This document shows, in pieces, positions 28,869 through 37,726 of a stretch of DNA of 64,000 nt. This DNA comes from Candidatus Woykebacteria bacterium RBG_13_40_15. GTDB taxonomy: Bacteria > Patescibacteriota > Microgenomatia > Woykebacterales > RBG-16-39-9b. Every line of letters begins with the position of its first letter. The stretch's first letter is position 1. The notes below the pieces were generated by a model. It was not told where the DNA came from. It worked only from the letters and a program-made list of their open reading frames with translations, and ran no database searches. The stretch covers positions 69,623-133,622 of the forward strand of contig MHCP01000030.1 of the NCBI GenBank assembly GCA_001816655.1, written 5' to 3'. The position numbers were made by a program, and so were the translations under genes.

Positions 28869-30480
28869 AAGAATTTCTAAAGTCTTTTATTTTTAATTGC
28901 AACTTATTGTTGCCCTTCCAAGAGTCTTCATTGAGTGAGTAGACCACATCGATGGTATTTCCTTTTTCCATTTCTTTTTCTGCTAGATTGAATCCAACGC
29001 TGTCAAATACAGTCCCTTCTTTTCCATACAAATAAGCTTTTATGTGTTTTCCATCGCGCCCAACATTTCGAACACTTGCAACTTTCAGCCCTTCAGTTAG
29101 AAAAAGAGGCTCGCGGTTGCCTGACCCAAAAGGCTCAAATTCACGAACTAAATCCAATGTTTCGTGATTTAGGTCTGATTGACCTAAGCGAGTATCAATT
29201 TCGAGGGTAGGGGAAAGGCTTTTCTTTTTCAAATTTTTTTCTGCATATTCAATAATGGCTTCTTTAAAATAGGGGATCTTTTCTTTACTAATAGAAAAAC
29301 CAGCAGCCAGCTCGTGGCCACCCATATTTAGTAGATATTTTTCTGAAGATCCTATAGCTTTTACTATATCAAATCCACTTATACTCCTAGCACTTCCTTT
29401 GCAAATCTCTCCCAACTCACTTATTACAATTGCTGGGCGGTAAAATTCTTCGCTAAGTTTTCCAGCAACCAAACCAATAACTCCAGCGGGATAACTATCA
29501 TGACTAGCAAAAATAATACCATCACCAGGATCCTTTAAATTTTCCTTTGCGTATTCCAAGGATACCGATAAAGCATCTTGCCGTTGTCTGTTTACGAGCG
29601 TAAGTTTCTTTGCTAACTGGGCCGCTCTTTCTTTTTTCCTAGTAAGCAAGATACGGAGTGAATCAATCGCGTGGTCCATCCGACCTGTCGCGTTGAGCCT
29701 TGGAGCAATAATAAAACCTACTTCATACGGAGTAATTTTCTTATTTATTCCAGCTTCTTCATAAATTGCCTGTAAACCGGCTCTTTCAGTATTTATCAAA
29801 TTGTGCAGGCCATTAGCAACAATTATTCTATTATCGTTAACTAAAGGCGAAAGGTCGGCAATGGTCCCAATTGCTGCAAGCTCCAAATTTTTGAAAAGTT
29901 GTTCTTCGATATCTTTGTTGAAAGCTTCAAGTAGCTCTCTAGCTAGTATAAAGGCAATGCCCGAGCCTGAAAGTTTTTTTGTGTGGAGTAAGGCGAGGCA
30001 CTCAGGAAGTACTTTTCCTTCTTCATGGTGGTCGGTGACTATTAACTCTACTCCGAGCTTCTTGGCTAATTTTGCTTCCGCGAGTCCCCCGACCCCACAA
30101 TCAACGGTAATGATTAGCCCTGCGCCTTCTCTGGCAATTGTTTCGATTGCACTGCTGTTCAGTCCATACCCCTCTTTACCCCGGTGGGGGATATAGGGCA
30201 AAACCTTCCCACCAAGAAAATTTATTGTTTCCCAAAGGATCGCCGTAGCGGTCAGGCCATCCACATCAAAATCCCCATAGATGTAAACTAATTCCCTATT
30301 CTCTATTGCCCTCTTTATCCGATCTACGGCTTTATCAAGCCGAGGAAAAAATTTACTTGGTGGTGTTAACTTGTTCAAATGGGGTCGGAAAAACTTTTCT
30401 TCGTCCCTCACTCCCCTATTCTTGGTCAAAACTTTTCGCAAGTCTCTTCCATTACCCAAAACAGTCCAGCTTTTTTCCAT
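28867..30480 (-). CDS. recJ: Single-stranded-DNA exonuclease RecJ
   Basis: GDFDVDG, TVDCG, DHH, PRLNA.GR, GSARS and GGH motifs. Confidence 0.95.
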   Translation of the reverse strand: MEKSWTVLGNGRDLRKVLTKNRGVRDEEKFFRPHLNKLTPPSKFFPRLDKAVDRIKRAIENRELVYIYGDFDVDGLTATAILWETINFLGGKVLPYIPHRGKEGYGLNSSAIETIAREGAGLIITVDCGVGGLAEAKLAKKLGVELIVTDHHEEGKVLPECLALLHTKKLSGSGIAFILARELLEAFNKDIEEQLFKNLELAAIGTIADLSPLVNDNRIIVANGLHNLINTERAGLQAIYEEAGINKKITPYEVGFIIAPRLNATGRMDHAIDSLRILLTRKKERAAQLAKKLTLVNRQRQDALSVSLEYAKENLKDPGDGIIFASHDSYPAGVIGLVAGKLSEEFYRPAIVISELGEICKGSARSISGFDIVKAIGSSEKYLLNMGGHELAAGFSISKEKIPYFKEAIIEYAEKNLKKKSLSPTLEIDTRLGQSDLNHETLDLVREFEPFGSGNREPLFLTEGLKVASVRNVGRDGKHIKAYLYGKEGTVFDSVGFNLAEKEMEKGNTIDVVYSLNEDSWKGNNKLQLKIKDFRNS

Positions 30481-30531
30481 AGTAGGTCGATTTTAACACA
30501 ATAATTTTTTGAAAAGACCACGTAACTTCCC

Positions 30532-31902
30532 TTGACAGGCAAGATGCAAAGAGCTATTGTTAATATAATGCCTTTAATTAAAAATAAAATCTTCATTCTT
30601 GTACTAGTATTAATCTTTTTATTGCTAGTAGGTGTAGGAGGCTACAAGCTTTTTTCGATCTACGCCTTTAACTCTTTATCCAAACAACTAGAAACCGGAA
30701 ATAACGAGCTTTTTTCTGGGTTCAAAGAAGAAATAGCTGCTGCCAATAAAATCAACCTTAATCTTTTTGAAGCATCAAAATCTTTAGAGCCAACCAATTT
30801 TTCGAAGGAAAAAACCGACAACTATCTAAACCAAACCAAAACAGAATATAATAACTCGCTCTCTGCCTACAAAAAGGGTTTGGATGACCTAGAGTCCAAC
30901 GTCTCAAAGCTTGATAGTGCCTCTAAACTGCCTCTCTGGCTCTCAGGGGACCAGAAAAAATTTGTCTCAGACATTACTACTTCGCTAAAAGCGCACAAAG
31001 ACGCTCGGAAAGCTGACTATGATTTTTCGGTCGAGGTAAAACCAGTATTTTCCAACGTTTTGCAAATTATTAGTGACACCGGTTCATTACTTGATTACAT
31101 GCTACCCCTGCAAACTGCGAAAACAGAGCAGGAAGTTACAGCCGCTTTCACTCAAAATTTCTCTAAAGTAGCATCCCTAGAGAAATATTCAAAAGAAAGT
31201 TATAAGTTCGAGAGCCAAGATACACTTTCTACAAAATATCCAGACTCCTACAAAGCCTTTGCCGCTTTTAAAACCGTTTTTGGCCAATACTTCTTAGCAA
31301 TCAAGGGTCTCTCCCAAGGTGATATGTCCCAAGCCGCAAAACTAGAACAGATAGGAAATAGCTTTCAGCTTTCTCTAAACTCTCTGCAAAATCCGCTAGA
31401 AGAGATATCAGGGAAAGCAAAGCCTACTACAACCAAAATCAAAGACACTTACGCCGACTATGCTAAGACCTTGGATTTCTATAACGAGAACAAACTTTAT
31501 TCAAATATGCTTTCCAAGGAAAAGTGGCTAGCCCAAAACAATCAAAACAAGGCCGCCGTCTTTGCTTACGGAGTTAATTTATATCAAACTGATCTTGACA
31601 AGTATCCAGCTGATAAAACATTTTCGGATCTGGCTGCTACTTTGAAAGATAGGAACTACTTTGTCAGCGGTTTAAAATATAATGAAGCCGATTTTACTTA
31701 CAGTTCAGACGGTGACATGTATTTTAAACTTGGTTACAAGAACGAAGTTTCAGGGCAGATTGAAACATTTACCGTTGGAATAACAGAAGATGCTCAAAAA
31801 TCCCTCGGGGCTTTTAACAAAGTGGTTAAATTAAAAAGCGTTGAACTAAACTTTGGATCAGTAAACCACCTCATCAATTATATCGGCTCTTTCGCTCCGT
31901 AA
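30532..31902 (+). CDS. Membrane-anchored helical extracellular hypothetical protein
   Basis: Single N-terminal TM followed by a long helical region. Confidence 0.7.
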   Translation: MTGKMQRAIVNIMPLIKNKIFILVLVLIFLLLVGVGGYKLFSIYAFNSLSKQLETGNNELFSGFKEEIAAANKINLNLFEASKSLEPTNFSKEKTDNYLNQTKTEYNNSLSAYKKGLDDLESNVSKLDSASKLPLWLSGDQKKFVSDITTSLKAHKDARKADYDFSVEVKPVFSNVLQIISDTGSLLDYMLPLQTAKTEQEVTAAFTQNFSKVASLEKYSKESYKFESQDTLSTKYPDSYKAFAAFKTVFGQYFLAIKGLSQGDMSQAAKLEQIGNSFQLSLNSLQNPLEEISGKAKPTTTKIKDTYADYAKTLDFYNENKLYSNMLSKEKWLAQNNQNKAAVFAYGVNLYQTDLDKYPADKTFSDLAATLKDRNYFVSGLKYNEADFTYSSDGDMYFKLGYKNEVSGQIETFTVGITEDAQKSLGAFNKVVKLKSVELNFGSVNHLINYIGSFAP

Positions 31903-32099
31903 CATTTTTGCTACTCTCAATTCAAAAAACCGCTGTTTTTATTAATGTCTTTGGATCTTGGGAGCGTTAAACCAGCAATCAGCCTGTTTATTTAATTCTA
32001 TTCTTTCCTGTCTAGCAGCGTTTAAGCCTTTAATGAGCAAAAAGGTACTTGCCAACTTTATTTAATAGTATATAATTGTAGGCAGCCTCCCTATACTAT

Positions 32100-32786
32100 A
32101 TGGCAACAGCAAAGAAAATTTCGGAAACTCAAGAAACTTCCCTAAACGATAAAAAATCTCTAACCTCTGGTTTTCTTAACTTTGGTAGTTGGAGAAAGAA
32201 TATAGCAAAAAGCTACGGTAAAAGACCAAACTTTTACAAAGGCGGCTTTGTGTTAGTCCTAATTATCGTTGTTTTAGGCACCATCCTTTGGTTCAACAAG
32301 GGACTGATTGTAGCTGGGAATGTCAATGGCCAGATTGTTACTACTCCACAGTTTTATAATAAATTAGTAAAAGCTGATGGAACAGCTGTTTTCGACTCGT
32401 TAGTTCAAGAAATTTTAATCAAACAAGAGGCTTCAAAAAAGAGAATCAAGGCCACGAAAGAAGACATTGATAAAAAAGTGGCAGAAATTGAAAAAGGTCT
32501 TGGAGGAAAAGAAAACCTTGACGTAGCTCTAACTCAAAATAACACGACCATGGAACAACTTCGCGATCAACTTGAGATTCAAATTTTGGTTGAAAAGATA
32601 TTGGCAGATCAAATAAAGATAGCAGATAGCGAAATAACAAAATATATCGCAGATAACAAAGCGACCAACCCAGATATAACTCGCGATCAAGCACAGCAAC
32701 AGGTAAAAAACCAAAAATTAAGCGATAAATTCACTACTTGGTACAACGATCTGAAAGCTAAAGCAAAAATCTACAAGTTCTTCTAA
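32100..32786 (+). CDS. SurA/PrsA N-terminal-domain chaperone (no parvulin domain)
   Basis: VNG..I motif, LI.QEA.K..I, C-terminal W...LK.KAKI. Confidence 0.8.
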   Translation: MATAKKISETQETSLNDKKSLTSGFLNFGSWRKNIAKSYGKRPNFYKGGFVLVLIIVVLGTILWFNKGLIVAGNVNGQIVTTPQFYNKLVKADGTAVFDSLVQEILIKQEASKKRIKATKEDIDKKVAEIEKGLGGKENLDVALTQNNTTMEQLRDQLEIQILVEKILADQIKIADSEITKYIADNKATNPDITRDQAQQQVKNQKLSDKFTTWYNDLKAKAKIYKFF

Positions 32787-32789
32787 GCT

Positions 32790-33350
32790 CTACTTCTGGC
32801 CAACGAACTTTACGCCTTGAGACTCCATTACTATTTCCGGGTAGCCACGTCTTTCAATGTTACTCTCAGGCAGCTCGAGTCGTTTAAATAGCTCTTTTAT
32901 TTCCTCTTGCAGCTTCTCACCATCAGTTCCGATTGCTTCGACTTCTAGGTAGTTGCCAAGTTCTTCCACCTCGTCAATTTCTAGACCAAAATCCCTATAG
33001 CGGGCTGAAGTTCTTTTTTTGTGAAAAGTGAGAACACAGTTGTAGCCAAGCTTATCTAAAATTTTTTCCATTGCTTCTGCATCGCCGATTTTCGTTTCAT
33101 ATTCCTCCCAAACTCCCCTTCTATTCGTCAAACCCTTTATTGTCAGCGAATTTTCATTGGCTCTGCGGATTCTGACAACAAAAGAGCCAGGCCTCTGGGT
33201 TTCCCTTTCCTTGCCTTTGGGACGAAAATATTTATCGATTAAAGTTTGTGGTTTGCTCCATAAAACGCCAAGAGCTGCAATTTTCTTTTTGGCCTGACTG
33301 ACATCATCTAACTTTATTTTTACCTCGATTTCCCGCTCGTTCTTTTTCAT
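32790..33350 (-). CDS. cyaB: CYTH-domain protein (class IV adenylate cyclase-like)
   Basis: EIEVK, D.YF, KKR and D.V..LG.YLEVE motifs. Confidence 0.8.
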   Translation of the reverse strand: MKKNEREIEVKIKLDDVSQAKKKIAALGVLWSKPQTLIDKYFRPKGKERETQRPGSFVVRIRRANENSLTIKGLTNRRGVWEEYETKIGDAEAMEKILDKLGYNCVLTFHKKRTSARYRDFGLEIDEVEELGNYLEVEAIGTDGEKLQEEIKELFKRLELPESNIERRGYPEIVMESQGVKFVGQK

Positions 33351-33354
33351 AGCT

Positions 33355-34458
33355 TTAAATCCCCTTCCTTATTGAAATAGCAGCTAGAATTATCATCGCA
33401 ATAGCAAAGATTAACAAAATATAAATATCAAAACTAACACTTGAGAGATCCTTCCCTCTTATCATAATATCCCGAAGGGCGTTATTGGCGTAAGTAAGCG
33501 GCATCGCCCAAGAGAGCCACTGTAAAATGGTCGGCATAGATTTTATTGGGAAGATTAGGCCAGACAAAAGTCCTTGAGGAACGATCATTAAAGGGATAAA
33601 TTGAACGACCTGTAGCTCATTTTTAGCAAAAGAGGAGAGAAAAATACCTAGATTTACTGACCCCACAACCAAAAGCAGTTCAATCAAAAACACAAACCAA
33701 ATACTTCCCAGGAAATGAACATTTAAAATATAAATCGTGAAAAGCAAAACAATTACGGATTGAATAAGAGCAAAGAGGGAAAATCCCAAGAAATACCCCA
33801 AAACTAGCTCAGCATTATTGACTGGGGAAGCAAAGATTCTCTCAAAAGTCCCCTGATTCCTTTCCCGCAAAAATGAGACCGAAGTTAAAAGAAAAACAAA
33901 AAAGAACGCGAAAAAGGCAATAAAAACAGGGGCAAAATAATCAAGTGAGTTAAATTTTTCACCGCCATAAAGGTAGTAGACTTTTATTTCCGCTCCCTTT
34001 TGACTCTCAAAAAGAGCGGCCAGTTTTTGATTGATTAACCCCAATACTTGTTGAGAGCTATTTGGATCCGATCCTTCTAATTGGATAGTTATTGCTGGGG
34101 TTTTTTTATTTAAAAGGTCGGAGCTGAAATTTTTATCCAGCAAAACATACGCATCTAGCAAGTTTTCTTTCAATTCGGCTTCCGCATCGTTGAGATTTTT
34201 GATTTGCCAAACAAAGTTGTCAGTATTTTTCAATGAGTCTTCTATTTTTTGTGAAAGTTTCTGATTGCCAAGTGGGGTGTTCACCCCATTATCTTGATTT
34301 ACAAACCCAACCTCAAACACTCTTGCAGTCTTAAACAGCGCTCCTAAGATAGAGAGCAGAAGAAGCGGAACCACCACCATCAAACCAAGCGTCCGCCTGT
34401 CGTGGATAAATTGCTGAACTATTCTTTTTGCTACAGCTAGAGTTCTTTGGATATTCAT
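33355..34458 (-). CDS. ABC-2 type permease
   Basis: ER..GT.ER...SP, LSG..FP and PLTY motifs. Confidence 0.9.
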   Translation of the reverse strand: MNIQRTLAVAKRIVQQFIHDRRTLGLMVVVPLLLLSILGALFKTARVFEVGFVNQDNGVNTPLGNQKLSQKIEDSLKNTDNFVWQIKNLNDAEAELKENLLDAYVLLDKNFSSDLLNKKTPAITIQLEGSDPNSSQQVLGLINQKLAALFESQKGAEIKVYYLYGGEKFNSLDYFAPVFIAFFAFFFVFLLTSVSFLRERNQGTFERIFASPVNNAELVLGYFLGFSLFALIQSVIVLLFTIYILNVHFLGSIWFVFLIELLLVVGSVNLGIFLSSFAKNELQVVQFIPLMIVPQGLLSGLIFPIKSMPTILQWLSWAMPLTYANNALRDIMIRGKDLSSVSFDIYILLIFAIAMIILAAISIRKGI

Positions 34459-35177
34459 TCTCCGCCTTCCAATTTCAAAAATGCTTCCTCAATATTTTTT
34501 GTTTTTGCTTGCGATAGTATGCCTTCTATTTTTCCTTGAGCAAGAAGCTTACCGTCCCGCAAAAGTGCAAGTTCGCTGCATCTTGCTGCTTCATCCATCA
34601 CATGAGTAGATAAAACAATACTTGTTCCTTCTCTATTTAACTTCTTGAAATAATCCCAAAATTCAACTCGCAAAGAGGGATCGACACCAACAGTCGGCTC
34701 ATCTAGAAAAACCAGTTCTGGCTTATGGACTAAGCTCGTCGCTAACGAGAGGCGTTGTTTCATACCCCCACTCAATGTATTAACAGCGGACCTTTCTTTC
34801 CCTTCAAGTTTCACTAAAGATAGCAATTCTCCAATCCGTTTCTTTTTTTCTTTGGAAGAAACCCCGTAGATTGTTGCAAAGAAGTCAAGATTCTCTGCTA
34901 CTGTCAATTCCTGGTACAAAGCTGAACTTTGAGTCATGTAACCTATTTTTTCTGAACGCTCTGCCCAGGATAGTGAGTCGCTTATTACACGGATCTTTCC
35001 GGAATCTGGTTTTAACACTCCAACCAAAATTCGAATCAAGGTTGTTTTCCCCGAACCATTTGGGCCAAGAAATCCAAAGGTAATTCCCTTTTTTATTTTT
35101 AGAGAGAGGTTTTCTAGGGCGTAAATATCTGGAGGAAATTTTTTTGTAAGTCCTTCCACTTCAATAATGTCATTCAT
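34455..35177 (-). CDS. ABC transporter ATP-binding protein
   Basis: GPNGSGKTT, LSGGM and DEPT.GVDP motifs. Confidence 0.93.
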   Translation of the reverse strand: MNDIIEVEGLTKKFPPDIYALENLSLKIKKGITFGFLGPNGSGKTTLIRILVGVLKPDSGKIRVISDSLSWAERSEKIGYMTQSSALYQELTVAENLDFFATIYGVSSKEKKKRIGELLSLVKLEGKERSAVNTLSGGMKQRLSLATSLVHKPELVFLDEPTVGVDPSLRVEFWDYFKKLNREGTSIVLSTHVMDEAARCSELALLRDGKLLAQGKIEGILSQAKTKNIEEAFLKLEGGE

Positions 35178-35227
35178 ACAAGCAACAAAAGTGTAAGGGA
35201 GAACACTAGTGGTGTCAAGAAAATAAA

Positions 35228-35551
35228 ATGCTCCTTAGTTTATTTATGGTATACTTGCCTCGAAAAGAAGAAAGTGAGGGCGAAAAAATGAAGATCAGGA
35301 AACCCGAAAACCTGACTGAGGCTATCATCTTCGGCGTCGGATTCATTTTCTTCTACGCCTTCACGGTGACAGGCGTCGAAGTGTTGATGGAACGAAGGGC
35401 TGAATCAAAAGGCCGCTCTAAGGCTAAGCAACGTCGAGGCTGGCTTGCGATTACCTTACCAATAGCCCTAATCAAAGGGGCTTGGAAACTCGCCAGGTTT
35501 CTCTTAGGGGAAGGCAGGCGAAAGTTACGAGAAAGGGGGAAGAGTCTATGA
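35228..35551 (+). CDS. GC-rich orphan small membrane protein (likely start 35288)
   Basis: Hydrophobic segments; TGGTATACT upstream. Confidence 0.5.
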   Translation: MLLSLFMVYLPRKEESEGEKMKIRKPENLTEAIIFGVGFIFFYAFTVTGVEVLMERRAESKGRSKAKQRRGWLAITLPIALIKGAWKLARFLLGEGRRKLRERGKSL

Positions 35552-35782
35552 CCAGCAAACGAACCGGCATGAATACGACAGAGCTTCTGATGATTCAGTC
35601 CATGAGAGGCCACAATTGGAGGCTCTGATACCCTATTCACGGCATTTGCCGCTGCAGCCGTGGGCTGCGGGATCGCTATCGACCATCCTCGCTCTCGCTA
35701 CGGAAGAAGCGGAAACCGGGGCCTTGAGCAAGCCCCCTCCTTACTTAAATGTCAAGAAAACGCTATTCCAATGCCCTCACTT

Positions 35783-35812
35783 TTACTGAGCAAAGTCGAA
35801 ATAAGAATTGAG
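35783..35812 (+). repeat. REP-like element, family 2
   Basis: TACTGAGCAAAGTCGAAATA..AGAATTGAG. Confidence 0.55.
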
Positions 35813-35822
35813 AATAAATGAT

Positions 35823-36302
35823 TTAATCGGTTTTGGCGAAGAGGACGACGTAGTTTTTTCCGTAGGCTTTAGCGCAATTTGGACAAGTCGTGTAGGAAAA
35901 GTAAAGTTTGTTAATTTTTTTGCCTTTTGAGCTTACAAAACTTTCCATTTCTTTTATCCACTTTCCGGTATTTTGATATGGTCCTTCGAAAACCTTTGTC
36001 AAAAAATTACCAGATATAGTTGCCATTTGAGCGTCGGAAACATCCTTTGACACGTCAATGTAGATATCAGACCCCCAAAGAGACTTTTCATCTGTAAGCA
36101 TTAGTTGATATGGGGATTTTGCATCGGCCTTTTCAATGAGCGCCATATTCTTAACTACTTTCTGCCCCATGTTTATTGGGATATGAAGGAAACTAGTAAC
36201 GTGGTCTTTGACGAAAAGTTTATTACTCCAGTTAATTTCCTTTTCGTCCCAAGGTGCAGGATCAAAAGGCTCACAACAATCTGTTTTCTTTATATTTTCC
36301 AT
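35823..36302 (-). CDS. Conserved protein with GyrI-like C-terminus and CxxC
   Basis: FEGPY and YTTCP.CAK.YGKNYVV motifs. Confidence 0.65.
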   Translation of the reverse strand: MENIKKTDCCEPFDPAPWDEKEINWSNKLFVKDHVTSFLHIPINMGQKVVKNMALIEKADAKSPYQLMLTDEKSLWGSDIYIDVSKDVSDAQMATISGNFLTKVFEGPYQNTGKWIKEMESFVSSKGKKINKLYFSYTTCPNCAKAYGKNYVVLFAKTD

Positions 36303-36386
36303 TTCGGAAGAATTATATTACCTATTCAATTTTTATTCAAGCAAGAAATGTTCTTCCAATGTTCTTACTCGTCATGAGCTAGTTTG

Positions 36387-36421
36387 CCCTGAGTGTAATC
36401 GAAGGGAAGGAAGAATTTGAG
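36387..36421 (+). repeat. REP-like element, family 2
   Basis: CCCTGAGTGTAATCGAAGGG..AGAATTTGAG. Confidence 0.65.
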
Positions 36422-36428
36422 GGTATAC

Positions 36429-36734
36429 CTAAATTGTGATGGAACGGTGCGTGAGGATATTTCCCCAGGTCATTGCTTGTTCTGCCCAAAAAAGCGTGTT
36501 TGCTGGACCTGCTTTGGCGTTTTTTTCAAGTTTTGAATACTCTAGTAAAAATCTATCAAAAGTCTTTTTAAAAGGCTGGTTAAAGGAACTTTGGTCAATA
36601 GACGATATGTAACCAGTTGTTTGATTTAAAAAGGTAATAATTCTCGTCTTTTTACCATCATAATCATCAACCGCCCAGTTGCCTATTCGGTTTAGATTCA
36701 TTGCGATATCAAGTATTTTGGCTTTATTATCCAT
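36429..36734 (-). CDS. Hypothetical helical protein
   Basis: Starts 2 nt after the upstream gene's stop. Confidence 0.6.
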   Translation of the reverse strand: MDNKAKILDIAMNLNRIGNWAVDDYDGKKTRIITFLNQTTGYISSIDQSSFNQPFKKTFDRFLLEYSKLEKNAKAGPANTLFWAEQAMTWGNILTHRSITI

Positions 36735-36736
36735 AT

Positions 36737-37096
36737 TTAGAGAAGTAAATCTTTTACTATTTTATCAAATTTGCTTCTGACCTCTTTCGATAATATGTCA
36801 CGACTAGGGTTGTCTTGGTTTGGGCGGAGATTAATAATTGAATTGTAATCGATTTCGCGTGTTTCTAAATCAACACCGCCACCCCAAAGATCTGTTTGTT
36901 TTGATCCCTTTCCTAAAAGTTTTTGCTCTCCGTCGAAATGCCTTTCACCACCACCAGCCAAGATCTCTTTTTCAATATCAACCACCACTTTTATATAACC
37001 GTCAAAATCCTCCGCCATTTTTTTGAGTTCTTCCGGTGCAGCTTTTTTAGAAATAACAAGAAGCATAGCTTTTATTATATCTTGCCGGAAAAACAA
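36737..37096 (-). CDS. DUF5674-like protein
   Basis: K.VVD..GGE.H.D.E..LL..GS.Q..LWG..INLRP.Q.N pattern. Confidence 0.7.
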   Translation of the reverse strand: MFFRQDIIKAMLLVISKKAAPEELKKMAEDFDGYIKVVVDIEKEILAGGGERHFDGEQKLLGKGSKQTDLWGGGVDLETREIDYNSIINLRPNQDNPSRDILSKEVRSKFDKIVKDLLL

Positions 37097-37107
37097 TAGC
37101 CAGCTTC

Positions 37108-37177
37108 GTAACTAAATAATTTCGCTAACCAGCCAATTATTTAGATACTCTCGCGTGCTGCGTCGAAGATCTCCTAA
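37108..37177 (+). repeat. Family 1 element, full length
   Basis: GTAACTAAATAATTTCGCTAACC...TACTCTC..GCTGCGTCG..CTCCTAA. Confidence 0.72.
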
Positions 37178-37184
37178 GAAAGCT

Positions 37185-37394
37185 TTAGGTTATTTCAAAG
37201 GTTTTGTTTTTGCTAGAAAAGCCGGAAAGAAGTTTGATAGAGCTTTTTGGAACTTCAAAATATTCTGCTAGTGCTAAGATAATCGCTTTATTTGCGGCGC
37301 CTTTTACAGGTAGTTCTTTAACGGAAACAATAAAATAGTTCTCCTCGATTTTTTCTTGATTAGAATGCGGTTTTGCCTTAACAGTGATTTTCAT
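37185..37394 (-). CDS. DUF167 (YggU) family protein
   Basis: V.AKP, P..G.AN and L.SG.SS.NK motifs. Confidence 0.85.
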   Translation of the reverse strand: MKITVKAKPHSNQEKIEENYFIVSVKELPVKGAANKAIILALAEYFEVPKSSIKLLSGFSSKNKTFEIT

Positions 37395-37436
37395 TCATTT
37401 ATTGTAGTAAAAATCGCCTTTTCCAATGTTCTCCTA

Positions 37437-37613
37437 TTATTCTTTTGGAGAAGGCTCGGACGGAGGGCTTTGATTAAAATGGCGCCCACAAATAATGCAC
37501 TTATACACTTGAGGGGTCTCGGGTTTAGCGGGTTCCGAATCAATTCCTGAAGGAGCATGAACTTTGAACACGTCTCTACTGCCGCACTGTGGGCATTTTA
37601 TACCATCTGCCAT
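37437..37613 (-). CDS. 58-aa zinc-ribbon protein (not in the ORF track)
   Basis: MADGIKCPQCGS...YKCIICGRHF, two CxxC pairs. Confidence 0.7.
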   Translation of the reverse strand: MADGIKCPQCGSRDVFKVHAPSGIDSEPAKPETPQVYKCIICGRHFNQSPPSEPSPKE

Positions 37614-37678
37614 TATTTCTTTTTATCTTTCTTAGGTTTCTTTTTTTCTCTTCTTTGTTTACCTTGACTGTGAGCCAT
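37613..37678 (-). CDS. 21-aa basic micropeptide MAHSQGKQRREKKKPKKDKKK
   Basis: TAATG stop/start overlap with the zinc-ribbon gene; TATAAT just upstream. Confidence 0.5.
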   Translation of the reverse strand: MAHSQGKQRREKKKPKKDKKK

Positions 37679-37726
37679 AGAGTGTAATTATATGCTCGCT
37701 AACACCAAAAGACAAGGACACTTTGT

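Noticed and set aside
35560-35745. GC-rich stretch as tmRNA, RNase P or SRP RNA
   Set aside because: No tRNA-like ends, no GAGGAAAGTCC and no SRP core motif; more likely a decayed GC-rich ORF plus terminator.
3191-37177. Family 1 elements as integron attC sites
   Set aside because: They lack paired RYYYAAC...GTTRRRY ends and full-length dyad symmetry, and no IntI is visible.
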